A stretch of 63,106 nucleotides of DNA, filler included, from Candidatus Eiseniibacteriota bacterium (GTDB lineage: Bacteria; Orphanbacterota; Orphanbacteria; Orphanbacterales; Orphanbacteraceae), in assembly GCA_043809585.1 (NCBI GenBank). It is 9 parts of 8 records of this genome, joined end to end, with 100 filler letters (N's around TTAATTAATTAA, not from the genome) between each part and the next. Parts side by side here need not be neighbours in the genome. Positions count along the whole stretch, not along the records: positions 1 to 3,761 come from JBDROZ010000007.1; positions 3,862 to 17,276 come from JBDROZ010000008.1; 7 more parts are not named here. One strand, 5' to 3'. The position numbers were made by a program, and so were the translations under genes. Of the stretch, positions 1 to 10,483 are shown in pieces. The notes beneath the pieces were generated by a model, which was given only the letters and a program-made list of their open reading frames with translations, did no database searches and was not told the DNA's origin. Every line of letters starts with the position of its first letter. Within the stretch, counting starts at the first letter, position 1.

Positions 1-5
1 GACAG

Positions 6-35
6 AAAAGCCCGGCCGGGGATTCCCGGCCGGGC
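6..35 (-). terminator. Intrinsic terminator after the cohesin-like/CTD gene
   Basis: 11-bp perfect GC stem (10-20/25-35) with a 4-nt loop, followed by TTTTC on the minus strand. Confidence 0.75.
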
Positions 36-74
36 ACGATCTCGATCGCGCGCTTCACGCGCGCCCGTTCTTCC

Positions 75-842
75 CTACCGAATCAGCGTCATCCGCTTCG
101 ACTCGGAGAACTCCCCCGCCTGAAGACGGTAGAAGTACACCCCCGAGGAGACCGAAGCCCCCCCGTCGTCCCGGCCGTCCCACGTCACCGCGTGGGATCC
201 CGCCGAAAGGGCGCCCGACGAAAGCGTCCGCACCCGCTGACCGCTCACGTTGTAAACCTCCAGGCTCACCGGAACCCGATTCGAAAGATCAAAACGGATC
301 TCCGTCACCGGATTGAACGGGTTCGGCACGTTCCCGAGAAGACGCGTCGTCGTCGGGACCGCCCCCCCCGCCGTCACCGGGTTCTCGTAGGAAACCTGCG
401 TCTCCACCTGCCACGAATCATCCGCCGTCTGGAAAGAGACGATCCGAACCTCCGCATCGCTCTCGTCCACCACGCGGAATCGAATCACCCCGACTTCCCC
501 CTCCGGAGAGCTCACCGCCCCCGTCAGGGTCGCCGTCGTCACGTCCACCACCGAACGGTCCGTCCGGTCGAAAGGACCGAGTACCAGCGGATCCGCGAAG
601 AGGTCCCCCGCCGTGAAGTCCACGAACTCCAGGCCCGCACCATGCTCCACGTCCACGTGAACCGCGTTCACCGCGACGAAGCCCTGTCCCCCCACCCGCA
701 CTTCCAGGTAGGGCGAGTCTTTCGTAAGGGCGCCGTCCATGCCGCCCGCCGTCTTCACATACGGGCTCACTCCCCCATTCACCCCGGCCGACGCCGCGGA
801 GACCAGAAGGAGACTCGTCATCAAGGCCAACAAGATCTTCAT
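75..842 (-). CDS. Secreted protein: signal peptide, cohesin-like beta domain, FlgD-Ig/T9SS-like C-terminal domain
   Basis: Signal peptide MKILLALMTSLLLVSAASA; C-terminus NVPNPFNPVTEIRF..VYNVSGQRVRTL..WDGRDDGG..SSGVYFYRL is the classic FlgD_ig/CTD pattern; middle domain has GLEFV..GDL and GEVGVIRFRV, cohesin-like (tentative); AGGAG RBS. Confidence 0.8.
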   Translation of the reverse strand: MKILLALMTSLLLVSAASAGVNGGVSPYVKTAGGMDGALTKDSPYLEVRVGGQGFVAVNAVHVDVEHGAGLEFVDFTAGDLFADPLVLGPFDRTDRSVVDVTTATLTGAVSSPEGEVGVIRFRVVDESDAEVRIVSFQTADDSWQVETQVSYENPVTAGGAVPTTTRLLGNVPNPFNPVTEIRFDLSNRVPVSLEVYNVSGQRVRTLSSGALSAGSHAVTWDGRDDGGASVSSGVYFYRLQAGEFSESKRMTLIR

Positions 843-864
843 CTCTCTTCTCCTCCTCTCGCCT

Positions 865-3363
865 CTACGGGCACTGGGCGGCGGCGGCCAGGAACGACAG
901 GTATTTCGCCGTGTCGAAGAAGTTCACCACGCCGTCCGCGCTGTTGTTCAGGTTGCCGCAATAACCCGTCCCCGCGTTCAGCGCGGGCAGGAACAGGAAC
1001 GTGTCGAAGAAGTTGACCTCTCCGTCCCCGGTGAAGTCCGGGCTCTTCATCTCCGCCGACGCGCCGCCCGCCAGGGTCACCGACCCCACCGAGCAAGTCA
1101 GGTCGACGGTCCCACAGCCGCCGGCGTTCGTCACCTCGATCACGCACCGTCCGTCGGCGTCCGTCGGGGCATCGCCGCTGAAGACGGCCGTTCCCGACCC
1201 GCTCCCGCAGAAGATGATGTCCTTCCCGAGAGAGGAAACGCCGCTGGCCGTAACCTGGATCGCGGAACCGGGCACGCCGGCCAGCGGGAGTCCCGCGCCG
1301 TCCAGGAGGGTGACGACGATGGTCATGGTCGAGTCGCCGCTCCCGTCGGGCGACAGCACCAGATCGTCGTTCACGGCGATCGAGGAGAGATAGGGATCAC
1401 AGGAGATGGAACTCTCCACGGGAACCGTCGTGATGAAAGGGATCGCGTTGAACGACGTGACCGTGAGCGTCAAGTCCTCTCCCTCGGGCAGCGTCCCGAC
1501 GACGGATATGCTGGCGCTCCCGCCCCCGTCGGTGAACGCCGACCCGAAGTACGCGCCGTTGTACGAGAGCGCACAGAGGGCTCCGGGCACGCCGGCCACG
1601 GAGACCTCGAAGGCCGTCGCGTCCGGCTCGATGTTGTCCGCGTGGGTCACCGCGAGGGAAGACGGCGTGTCGGTCCGCACCCGCACCGACGGATCGCCGA
1701 AGATGATCCACGTTCGGAACATGTTGATCCCGTCGGCGCCGTACTCGTCCATCATCCGGCACGAGCCGTTGAAGGCGAGACCGCCCATGGTCCGCTTCGC
1801 CTCCGCCACGAGGAGGTCGTTCATCTCGTCCTGGCCGCACATGGGGGAGTTCCACGATTGGTTGATCGACGACGCGTACATCGCGATCGCCCCCGTCGGC
1901 GTGGAGCCGTTGGTGGCCCGGAGCCACGCCTCGGCGAAGCAGGCGCCGTAGGAGAAGTCGCCGTTCACGCAGGCCACGCTGAAGATGAACGGGAGCATGT
2001 TGTTGTTGACGAGACTGTTCACGTGGCTGACCGAGAATCCGGTCGAGCTCCAGGCCAGGGTCGAGCCGTGGCCGCAGTAGTTGATGATGCTCCGGCCCTG
2101 GTTCAGTGCCGTCGTCACCTGGGCGGCGGTCCCGTAGGGATCGTAAATACCGTCCACCAGCGTGTAGGTGAACCCGAGCAGGTCGGTCCGGATGTTGCCG
2201 ATGTGGACGTTATCGTACTCCCCGTCGTCTCCGGGACCCTGGTTCGAGGCGATACCGACGCCCCTGTGGTACCAGTCGCCGGCCGGCATCGGATCACGCT
2301 CGTAGGTGACCGTCCGCGCCACCTGGGTCTGCACATGGGAGACCGTGCTCGCCGAGAAGCGCCCGACGAAGATCTCCGGATAGCTGTCGGTTCCCGCCAG
2401 CAGCGCGTAGGACGGGTCCGACTCGCCGCCCGCATAGGTGGGCGTGGCGATCTGGGCCAGGTCGCCCACGAGGAGGACGAAGGCCAGGTCGCGGGTGTTG
2501 TAGAAACCCTGGATGTAGTTCTTGATCGCCGTCGAGTTGTTGCCGATCGTGGAGACGTCCACCATGGTCGTCTTCACGCCCATCTGGTTCTTCCAGTCCA
2601 CCATGGGCTGCATTTCGGCCATGAAGGCGCCGTCGGAGACGATCAGCATCTCCCCCACTTCCCCGACCGGGGCGTAGCGGGTCTCGCTGAAGTTCAGGAA
2701 ATGATCCCGGTAGATCTGGTAGAACTCGGCGTTCATCCGGTCCCGGCGGTTCGCTTCGAGAACGTTGATCTCGCCCGCGCCCGATGTCGTCACCTCCACG
2801 ACCATTTGGGTGTAGATCCGGAGGGTCTGGGTCGCCGGGTTGTACTGGAACGGCTGGGCCACCACGCAGAGGCCCCGGAAATCGCGCAGGATGTAAGGAT
2901 CCCGGGCCCACACGAGATCCCGCGGATACCACTGGTCGCCCGCGTAGAACGGATCGAACGTGTAGGGCACGTCGGCGGGATCGTTGGTCCGGTCGAAGAC
3001 CCCCTTCGAAGGCGCCACCGGCACGCCGTGGATCTCCTCGTACGACGAGGAGACGACGCGGATCTCCATCTTGGCGTCGTCGGGAATGATCACGCTCCGG
3101 GCGACGTGGGGCAAATCGGGCATCCCCGCCTCTTCGATGGGGCTCTCCCCCGGGAGGGTGATCAGATTCCATGGCTCGCCGGCGATGTCCACCGTCGAAC
3201 GTTCGAAGGCGCCGATCTCGAACTCGAGCAGGATCGTCTGTCCGCTCGACTCGAGGACGCGCACCGCGAGTTCCTCTCCGCCGGCACCGACGGTCACCTT
3301 CTCGGCGAACCCGGGCACCGCGACGAGGAGCAACGCGGCCGTGAGTAGCGCTAGCCGTTTCAT
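865..3363 (-). CDS. Gingipain-like cysteine peptidase (C25) with propeptide, Ig domains and a C-terminal dockerin-like module
   Basis: Start at MKRLALL (AGGAGG RBS, signal peptide); C25 motifs FVLLVGD, EIFVGRFS, NYCGHGS (His), SVACVNG (Cys), IFGDPS; tail DFTGDGEVNFFD...NSADGVVNFFD. Confidence 0.92.
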   Translation of the reverse strand: MKRLALLTAALLLVAVPGFAEKVTVGAGGEELAVRVLESSGQTILLEFEIGAFERSTVDIAGEPWNLITLPGESPIEEAGMPDLPHVARSVIIPDDAKMEIRVVSSSYEEIHGVPVAPSKGVFDRTNDPADVPYTFDPFYAGDQWYPRDLVWARDPYILRDFRGLCVVAQPFQYNPATQTLRIYTQMVVEVTTSGAGEINVLEANRRDRMNAEFYQIYRDHFLNFSETRYAPVGEVGEMLIVSDGAFMAEMQPMVDWKNQMGVKTTMVDVSTIGNNSTAIKNYIQGFYNTRDLAFVLLVGDLAQIATPTYAGGESDPSYALLAGTDSYPEIFVGRFSASTVSHVQTQVARTVTYERDPMPAGDWYHRGVGIASNQGPGDDGEYDNVHIGNIRTDLLGFTYTLVDGIYDPYGTAAQVTTALNQGRSIINYCGHGSTLAWSSTGFSVSHVNSLVNNNMLPFIFSVACVNGDFSYGACFAEAWLRATNGSTPTGAIAMYASSINQSWNSPMCGQDEMNDLLVAEAKRTMGGLAFNGSCRMMDEYGADGINMFRTWIIFGDPSVRVRTDTPSSLAVTHADNIEPDATAFEVSVAGVPGALCALSYNGAYFGSAFTDGGGSASISVVGTLPEGEDLTLTVTSFNAIPFITTVPVESSISCDPYLSSIAVNDDLVLSPDGSGDSTMTIVVTLLDGAGLPLAGVPGSAIQVTASGVSSLGKDIIFCGSGSGTAVFSGDAPTDADGRCVIEVTNAGGCGTVDLTCSVGSVTLAGGASAEMKSPDFTGDGEVNFFDTFLFLPALNAGTGYCGNLNNSADGVVNFFDTAKYLSFLAAAAQCP

Positions 3364-3544
3364 AAGAGCCTCCTGCGGCCTTAAGGGGCGGCCGCCGCTG
3401 GAAGAAACGCAGCGATCCATCGAATCGCACCGTACCTGCGAGTGGTTCCGCCTGGCCCTCACCTTATCCGTTCCGCCCGGCGTGAAACCGACTCCATACC
3501 CTCCGGATCTACACCATTTCCGTAATTAAGTTAACTCTGTTCTC

Positions 3545-3575
3545 AGAAGAAGACGGACTCCTCCCGGAGCCCGTC
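3545..3575 (-). terminator. Possible terminator after the upstream CTD paralog
   Basis: Minus-strand hairpin GACGGGCTCC-ggga-GGAGTCCGTC followed by TTCTTCT. Confidence 0.45.
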
Positions 3576-3619
3576 CATCGTCCGTCAGGTCTCTCGTCCG
3601 CTCCAATCGCCCGCCCCCG

Positions 3620-3761
3620 TCAACGAATCAGCGTCATCCGCTTCGACTCGGAGAACTCCCCCGCCTGAAGACGGTAGAAGTACACCCCCGAGGAGACCGA
3701 AGCCCCCCCGTCGTCCCGGCCGTCCCACGTCACCGCGTGGGATCCCGCCGAAAGGGCGCCC
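3620..3761 (-). CDS. 3' end of a second FlgD-Ig/CTD protein, truncated by the contig end
   Basis: 3624-3761 is identical to 79-216 (138 bp) and encodes ...WDGRDDGGASVSSGVYFYRLQAGEFSESKRMTLIR; stop is TGA rather than TAG. Confidence 0.85.
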
Positions 3762-3861
3762 NNNNNNNNNNNNNNNNNNNNNNNNNNNNNNNNNNNNNNN
3801 NNNNNTTAATTAATTAANNNNNNNNNNNNNNNNNNNNNNNNNNNNNNNNNNNNNNNNNNNN
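3762..3861. other. Artificial contig spacer
   Basis: N44-TTAATTAATTAA-N44, stops in all six frames. Confidence 0.99.
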
Positions 3862-4001
3862 CACGCCATCTGCGACAGTGCTCGCATTCACCAATGCTCA
3901 CATATCGTTGGATATGCTCTGCTTGGTGAATGCTGCGCGCTGCCGCATCTGACGCACTCTCACGCGTTTGCTCTCGAGATTTTATGAAAGATCAAGGCTA
4001 A
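3862..4001. repeat. Palindromic MITE/REP-like element, family A copy 1 (partial)
   Basis: Near-identical to 17377-17517 and 27790-27930; long imperfect hairpin centred on CATATC-GTTG-GATATG. Confidence 0.85.
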
Positions 4002-4060
4002 GAGAATAGGGACAGTCACCTGTTTCCCGGGGCAGGCTCCGCGGGGATGATAATCATGAT

Positions 4061-4236
4061 CGGCGGGGCAGGGGATCGGAGGAGGGAGGGGGATGGGGCG
4101 GACTGGAACGCTCGTCGTGCCGCAGGGGAGAAAGCCCTCCCATTCTCCGGACTCGCGGCGACTGCGGGGCGGAGGTCAAGAAATCGCTCCCCGGTTATGC
4201 CCCGCCCCCTCCCGATACCGATCCCCCGTCCCGCCG
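4061..4236 (+). ncRNA. Putative structured non-coding element, copy 1 (family unknown)
   Basis: Long closing stem; core GACTGGAACGCTCGTCGTGCCGC..CCCTCCCATTCTCCGG..CCGGTTAT shared with 13361-13531; G-U pairs favour the + strand; GATAAT just upstream. Confidence 0.5.
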
Positions 4237-4276
4237 GGCTCTTTCAAGCAGTGCGTGGTACAACACGCACTCCCCC

Positions 4277-5059
4277 CTACTCGTACTTCAGCTCCGACCC
4301 GAACATCGAATGAGGAATCAGGAAGATCACGAACGTCACCACCGCCGCTCCGAAGATCCACCACCTCGGGTGTCCCCGCCCCCGCATCTTCAAGAGCGCG
4401 ACCCCCCACGCCAAGAACGCGATCAGCGTCTTGTTGTCCGTCAGGTCCCATCCGTAGGGGACCCCGGTCCAGAGCGCGCCGAACGCGTACTTCTGCACGA
4501 TCGGCCCGAAGATCATTCCCCCGAGCGTGAGGAGCGCCGCCGACCAGAGCGCGTAGACCCGCATCTTCTCGCCGTTCCGGAGCGCCTCCAAACCCGCCCG
4601 GTTCGAGAAGAGCATCCCGGCGAACATGGCCAGGATGTGGGGAAGGAGAACCGCCGCCGGCACCCCCCCCTTGAAGCGGGCGACCGTCGTTCCGTGATTC
4701 GGCAACATCCCCGACTCCGCGCCGTCCCGGATCACCACCTTGTATTCCAGCTTCCCCGCCGGCGGTTGGTGAGGGAGCGCCGCCGTCAGCCGGCCGTCCC
4801 CCTCCCGGGACATGTCGATCGACCGGAACTGCTCGGTCGCCCTGTAACGCCGCCAGAACAGGCGCCCCGTCGCCTCCGGACCCGCCCCGTCCACCACCAC
4901 CGGCAGGTCCCCTTCCCCTTCGTGGGACCGGAGCAGTTCGGCGTGGGCCTGGTACCCGCCGACCCCCGCGGTCGCTTGCTCCGGGTACGTGGGCCCGGTT
5001 GTTCTCTGGTAGTAGGCCGCCCCCACTGTGACGAGGAGCGCGAGGATCCAGTGCAGCAT
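4277..5059 (-). CDS. Conserved hypothetical membrane protein
   Basis: N-terminal TM (AYYQRTTGPTYP), soluble domain, then about four TM helices with QKYAFGALWTGVPYGWDLTDNKTL; start at MLHW (GGAGG RBS). Confidence 0.75.
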   Translation of the reverse strand: MLHWILALLVTVGAAYYQRTTGPTYPEQATAGVGGYQAHAELLRSHEGEGDLPVVVDGAGPEATGRLFWRRYRATEQFRSIDMSREGDGRLTAALPHQPPAGKLEYKVVIRDGAESGMLPNHGTTVARFKGGVPAAVLLPHILAMFAGMLFSNRAGLEALRNGEKMRVYALWSAALLTLGGMIFGPIVQKYAFGALWTGVPYGWDLTDNKTLIAFLAWGVALLKMRGRGHPRWWIFGAAVVTFVIFLIPHSMFGSELKYE

Positions 5060-5236
5060 GGGTTTCCTCCGTCTGAGACGTGCGTGTCCGATCGACCGCA
5101 CGGAGCATACCGGAACCCCGCCCTCCCCACAAGACCGTTCCAAATCACCCTCGACGGATCCGGCCGCTCGACTATACTGTCGGAAACGTCCCGCCCGGCC
5201 GCCGGGCTTCCGAATCAGCCGCCCCCGGGGATCGAA

Positions 5237-6007
5237 ATGAACTCGCCGCGCCGCCCCTCATCGACGACGCTTCTTCCCCTTCTCGCGGCTCTGCTCTGCT
5301 TTCTTCCCGTGCCCACGCCCGCCTCCCCCACGGCGAGGGAGATCCTCGACGCCGTCGACGACCTTTACCGGGGGGAGTCGAGCCGGGGCGTGATGATCAT
5401 GACCATCACCACCGCCCACTGGACCCGGACCCTCTCCATGGATTTCTGGTCGAAGGGAAAGGAACGGAGCTTGATTCGCATCACGAGCCCGAAAAAGGAG
5501 CGGGGGACCGCGACCCTCCGCTCGGACCGGGACATGTGGAACTACCTTCCCAAGGTGAACCGGGTGATCAAGCTCCCGAGTTCCATGCTCTCCTCGTCGT
5601 GGATGGGGAGCCACTTCACCAACGACGACCTGGTGAAGGAGAACCGGATGACCGAGGATTACGACTTCTCCGTCACCGGCGAGGGCGTCCTGGGCGGCGA
5701 TCCCACGGTGGAGCTGACCTGCGTGCCGAAGGAAGACGCCGCGGTGGTCTGGGGGAAGGTGGTGTTCACGATCCGGCAGAAGGACATCATGCCCCTCGCG
5801 GTCCGCTACTTCGACGAGGACATGAGGCTCGCCCGGACCCTCACGTTCTCCGACTACCGGACCGTCGGCGACCGCCTCGTCCCGGTCCGCATGGAAGTGG
5901 AGCCCGTCGACGATCCGGGGGAGAGCACGGTGGTCGTCTACGACGAGATCGAGTTCGACGTGGAGCTCCCGGACGACCTCTTCTCGATTCGAAGCCTCCA
6001 ACGATAG
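5237..6007 (+). CDS. LolA-like outer-membrane lipoprotein-sorting family protein
   Basis: Signal peptide; motifs SPKKERGTATL, MWNYLPKVNRVIK, SWMGSHFTNDDL, DLFSIRSL. Confidence 0.85.
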   Translation: MNSPRRPSSTTLLPLLAALLCFLPVPTPASPTAREILDAVDDLYRGESSRGVMIMTITTAHWTRTLSMDFWSKGKERSLIRITSPKKERGTATLRSDRDMWNYLPKVNRVIKLPSSMLSSSWMGSHFTNDDLVKENRMTEDYDFSVTGEGVLGGDPTVELTCVPKEDAAVVWGKVVFTIRQKDIMPLAVRYFDEDMRLARTLTFSDYRTVGDRLVPVRMEVEPVDDPGESTVVVYDEIEFDVELPDDLFSIRSLQR

Positions 6008-6014
6008 GGCCGCC

Positions 6015-7232
6015 ATGACCCTCCTCCGTCACGCGTGGCTCAATCTCTGGCGGAACCGGAAGAGGACCGGGATCACCCTCGCGGCGATCGCCCTGAACAC
6101 GGCGATTCTCGTCGCCGCCTACTCGCTCATGGACGGCCTCTTCCAGCGGGCCGTGAGCTACGCCACGGACCTGATCGTCGGCGAGGGGCAGGTGCACGCC
6201 CCCGGCTACCGGAAGGACCGGTCCGTCTACAAGTCGATCGAATCGCCCGAGACGGTTCTCGCCCGCGCCGAAAAGGAGGGGATCGGCGCCGTGGCCCGGA
6301 GCTACGTCTACGGGCTCGCGTCGACCGGATCCAAATCGGCGGGCGCCCTCTTCTGGGGCGTCGACCCGGCCCGGGAGCGGCGGGTTTTCGATCTCGCCGG
6401 GCATGTCGATCAGGGGAGCTTCCTGGGGGACAAGGCGACGGGGCGGATCGTCCTCGGCCGCAAGCTCGCCAACTCCCTCCACGCCCGCATCGGATCGGAA
6501 ATCGTGGTGATCCTCCAGGCCGCGGACGGCTCCCTCGGGAACGATCTATACACGGTGGCGGGTATCTTGAAAGCTTCGGGGGAGGGGTTCGACCGGTCCG
6601 CGGCGATCCTCCACATCGACGATCTCCAGGAGATCGCGGTGCTCGGAGGGCGGATCCACGAGATCGCCCTGAACACGCGGGGAAAGCGGACGCCGGGCGA
6701 GATCGGCGAAGCGATCGCCCCCGCCCTCGGCGGCGCCGAGTTCCGGACCTGGCGGGACATCCTTCCCACGCTCTCGGACATGGTGAACCTCTCGGGCGTG
6801 GCCATGTGGATCTTCGGCGCCATCTTCATGCTCGCCGGCGCCCTCGGCGTCATGAACACCATGCTCATGGCGACCTACGAGCGGTTCCGGGAGTTCGGCA
6901 TCCTGAAGGCGATCGGCACGACCCCCGCCCGAATCATGCGGGACGTCGCGGCGGAGGCCTTGGTTCTCGTGCTCGTCTCCACCGCTCTCGGCGCGGCGAT
7001 CGGTCTCGCCGGGGCTTGGTACTTGAAGGTCGTCGGGATCGACACCTCCTCGTGGGGACCGACCCTCTCCGCGGCGGGGGTCGCTTTCGATCCGGTCTGG
7101 CGGGCGGCGATCTCGTTCGGCGGGGTGGCGGGACCGGTCGTGATCATGTGGGTGGTTTGCGTGGCCGCCGCCCTCTACCCCGCGTCGATCGCGGCCCGGC
7201 TCGACCCGGCCGAAGCGATACAGAAGGGATAG
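6015..7232 (+). CDS. ABC transporter permease (FtsX/MacB/LolC-E type)
   Basis: AWLNLWRNRKRT start, periplasmic domain, NTMLMATYERFREFGILKAIG motif, four TM helices. Confidence 0.9.
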   Translation: MTLLRHAWLNLWRNRKRTGITLAAIALNTAILVAAYSLMDGLFQRAVSYATDLIVGEGQVHAPGYRKDRSVYKSIESPETVLARAEKEGIGAVARSYVYGLASTGSKSAGALFWGVDPARERRVFDLAGHVDQGSFLGDKATGRIVLGRKLANSLHARIGSEIVVILQAADGSLGNDLYTVAGILKASGEGFDRSAAILHIDDLQEIAVLGGRIHEIALNTRGKRTPGEIGEAIAPALGGAEFRTWRDILPTLSDMVNLSGVAMWIFGAIFMLAGALGVMNTMLMATYERFREFGILKAIGTTPARIMRDVAAEALVLVLVSTALGAAIGLAGAWYLKVVGIDTSSWGPTLSAAGVAFDPVWRAAISFGGVAGPVVIMWVVCVAAALYPASIAARLDPAEAIQKG

Positions 7233-7235
7233 GGA

Positions 7236-8491
7236 ATGGGCGTTCTCCGAAGCCGCATGATCAAGCGCCTGGCGTGGCGGAGCATCTGGCGGAACCGGCG
7301 GCGAACGATCATCACGATCTCCTCCATCGCCCTCGGGCTCACCTTCGCGATCTTTCTCGTCGCCCTCGGCGAGGGAATCTACGAGCAGATGATCGAAAAC
7401 GCCATACGGATGCAGGCGGGGCACATCGTGCTCGAGAATCCGGAATACCGGGACGCGCCGGCCACGGACCTCTGGATCGCCCCCTCCGAGGAGTTCCGGC
7501 GCCGGATCGAATCGATCGAGGGCGTCGAGTCGGTTCGTTCCGTCATCACCGGTCAGGGATTGGTCCGCTCCGGCTCGGGCGCGGTGGGCGTGCTCCTTTT
7601 CGGGGTCGAGCCGTCGAAGGAGAAGCCGACGTCACCCATGGCGAAGAACCTGGAAGCGGGGGCGTACCTCGCCGAGGGGGACGGAGCGTTCGTCGTGATC
7701 GGCGCGGACCTCGCCGAACAGCTCGACGTGGACGTCGGCAAGAAGCTGGTCCTCTCGGCGAACGACACGGAGGGGAACCTCCGGGAGGAGCTCTGCCGGG
7801 TGAAGGGGATCTTCCGCACCGGCGCGGAGGAGGTGGACGGCTACCTCGTGCAGGCGCCCCTCGGGTTCGCCCGGAACCTGTTCGCCCTCCCCGAGGACGG
7901 GACGACTGAGCTGGCCGTGGTGCTCCGCCGGTCGAAGGACCAGGAGAGGGTCCTCCGGGAGGTCCGGACGATCTTGGGGGGGGGCGGGGGGGGCGGGGGC
8001 GCCGTCGCCCTGCCGTGGCAGGAAGTGCTCGTCGAACTGGCGGCGTACATCCGCATGGACCGCTACTCGAACTGGACATTCCAGGGCCTTCTCGTCGTGA
8101 TCATCCTCTTCACCATCTTCAACACCATCCTCATGTCCGTGCTCGAGCGGAAGCACGAGTTCGCCGTGCTCCTCGCCCTCGGCACGCCGCCGGGCCAGAT
8201 CCGGCGGCAGGTGATGGTCGAGACCGCCTTTCTCGGACTCGTCGGCTGCGGCGCGGGCTTGCTTCTCGGGGGCGTGGTATCGTATGTGTTCCAAGTCCAC
8301 GGGGTCGACATCCGCCTCTTCTATAAGGAGGGGCTCTCCATCTCGGGGCTCGGTATCGCGGACGAGCTCCGGACGAGGGTGACGATCCCGATGCTGCTTT
8401 GGATCGGCGGCATCGTCTACGGGGCGACCTTGCTTCTCGGCCTCCTGCCGATGCGGCACGCGGTCGGCCACTCGATCACGGACACATTGCG

Positions 8492-8495
<4 letters not shown>
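7236..8495 (+). CDS. ABC transporter permease (FtsX/MacB/LolC-E type)
   Basis: LAWRSIWRNRRRT; NTILMSVLERKHEFAVLLALG. Confidence 0.9.
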
Positions 8496-9211
<716 letters not shown>

Positions 9212-10483
9212 GCGAAGGGGGGCGGCCCTCCTCGCGGCGGCGGCGATTCTTTCCCTTCCCGGCACGGCGCTGCCGATCGCCGGCGACCCGGCGGGCCCCA
9301 TCGGCCTGGACGGGAGCTTCCGCGCCATCCCCCTCTACCTGGACAACGAAGACGTGCCGGCCCTCTTCGGCGCGGACGACACGGAACGGCGATTGACGAA
9401 CACGCTCCGCCTCGTTCTCTCCGGCCGTCCCCGGAGGAACGTCGCCTACGAGATCCACGGCCTTCTGAACGTGGAACGTCGGAGCGATGGGGGCGGGCTC
9501 TTCGATCAGACCGCCGCGGTGATCGCGGGGGGGGCCGGGCGCCACAGGGGGATGGACCTCACGTACTACACGGACCGGGACGAGGAGTGGACCGGCGATC
9601 TATCCGCGGACCGTCTTCTCCTCCGGATCTCCCGGGGGCGGGCGGACCTCACCGTGGGGAGACAGGCGGTCACCTACGGCAAGGCGTGGTTCTGGAACCC
9701 CCTCGACGTCTTCGCCCCCTTCGATCCGCGGCGTTTCGACAGGGACTACAAGAGCGGCGTCGACGCCGCGAGGCTCGACATGGCCCTCGGCCTGACGTCG
9801 GGAGTGACCGTGGTCGGCGCCGCCGGAGAGAAGGACGGCGAGGGGAGCGACGACTTCTGGAACGGGTCGAACTACGGATCTTCCCTCCTCGGGCGGGTGT
9901 TCACCACGGTCCTCGGTTTCGACGTCGCGGCCCAGGGGGGGAAGGTGTACGGCGGCTACCAGTGGGGGGGCGCGGCGTCGGGGGAGATCGGCCCTCTCGA
10001 GGCGCGCGCCGAATGCGCGTGGTTCGACGCCCGGGACCCGGACCCGCTCCCCTGGCCCCTCGAGGGGGACGAGCTGGAGGACCGCGCCACGTGGGTCGCC
10101 GGCGTGGGGCGATGGTTCGAGAGCGGCCTCGATCTGCAGCTGGAGTACCTCGACCAGGGGCTCGCGGATCCGGACGACCGGAACGCCTCTCTCGCCCGGG
10201 TCGCCGCGGGCCACGCCTTCCACATGAGCCGGCGGCTCCTGGGGGGCCTCGCCTCGTACGACATCCTGCCGATCGTGACCGGAAGCGTGGCGGGCCTCGT
10301 CTCCTTGGACGACGGTTCGTTCCAGGTGCAGCCGGGGGTGCGCTGGTCGACGGGGGATGATTCGGAGTTCGTCCTCGGGGGGATCGTGAACTTCGGCGAC
10401 GAACCCCGGGGGAACACGGTGGACCCCGGGATCCGGAGCGAGTTCGGGACCTATCCCCACGTCCTCTACATGGAGTTCAAGAT

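Noticed and set aside
739-3348. Long antisense or alternate-frame ORFs (e.g. 739..3348, 17484..19904, 52372..55206, 57371..60157)
   Set aside because: Shadow ORFs caused by high-GC codon bias opposite real genes; Arg/Pro/His-rich with no motifs.
4061-4236. Assignment of the two-copy element as 6S RNA, retron msr-msd, or a hairpin/HDV ribozyme
   Set aside because: The bubble is asymmetric and branched, unlike 6S; there is no reverse transcriptase in the window; and catalytic consensus nucleotides do not match. It is left unassigned.
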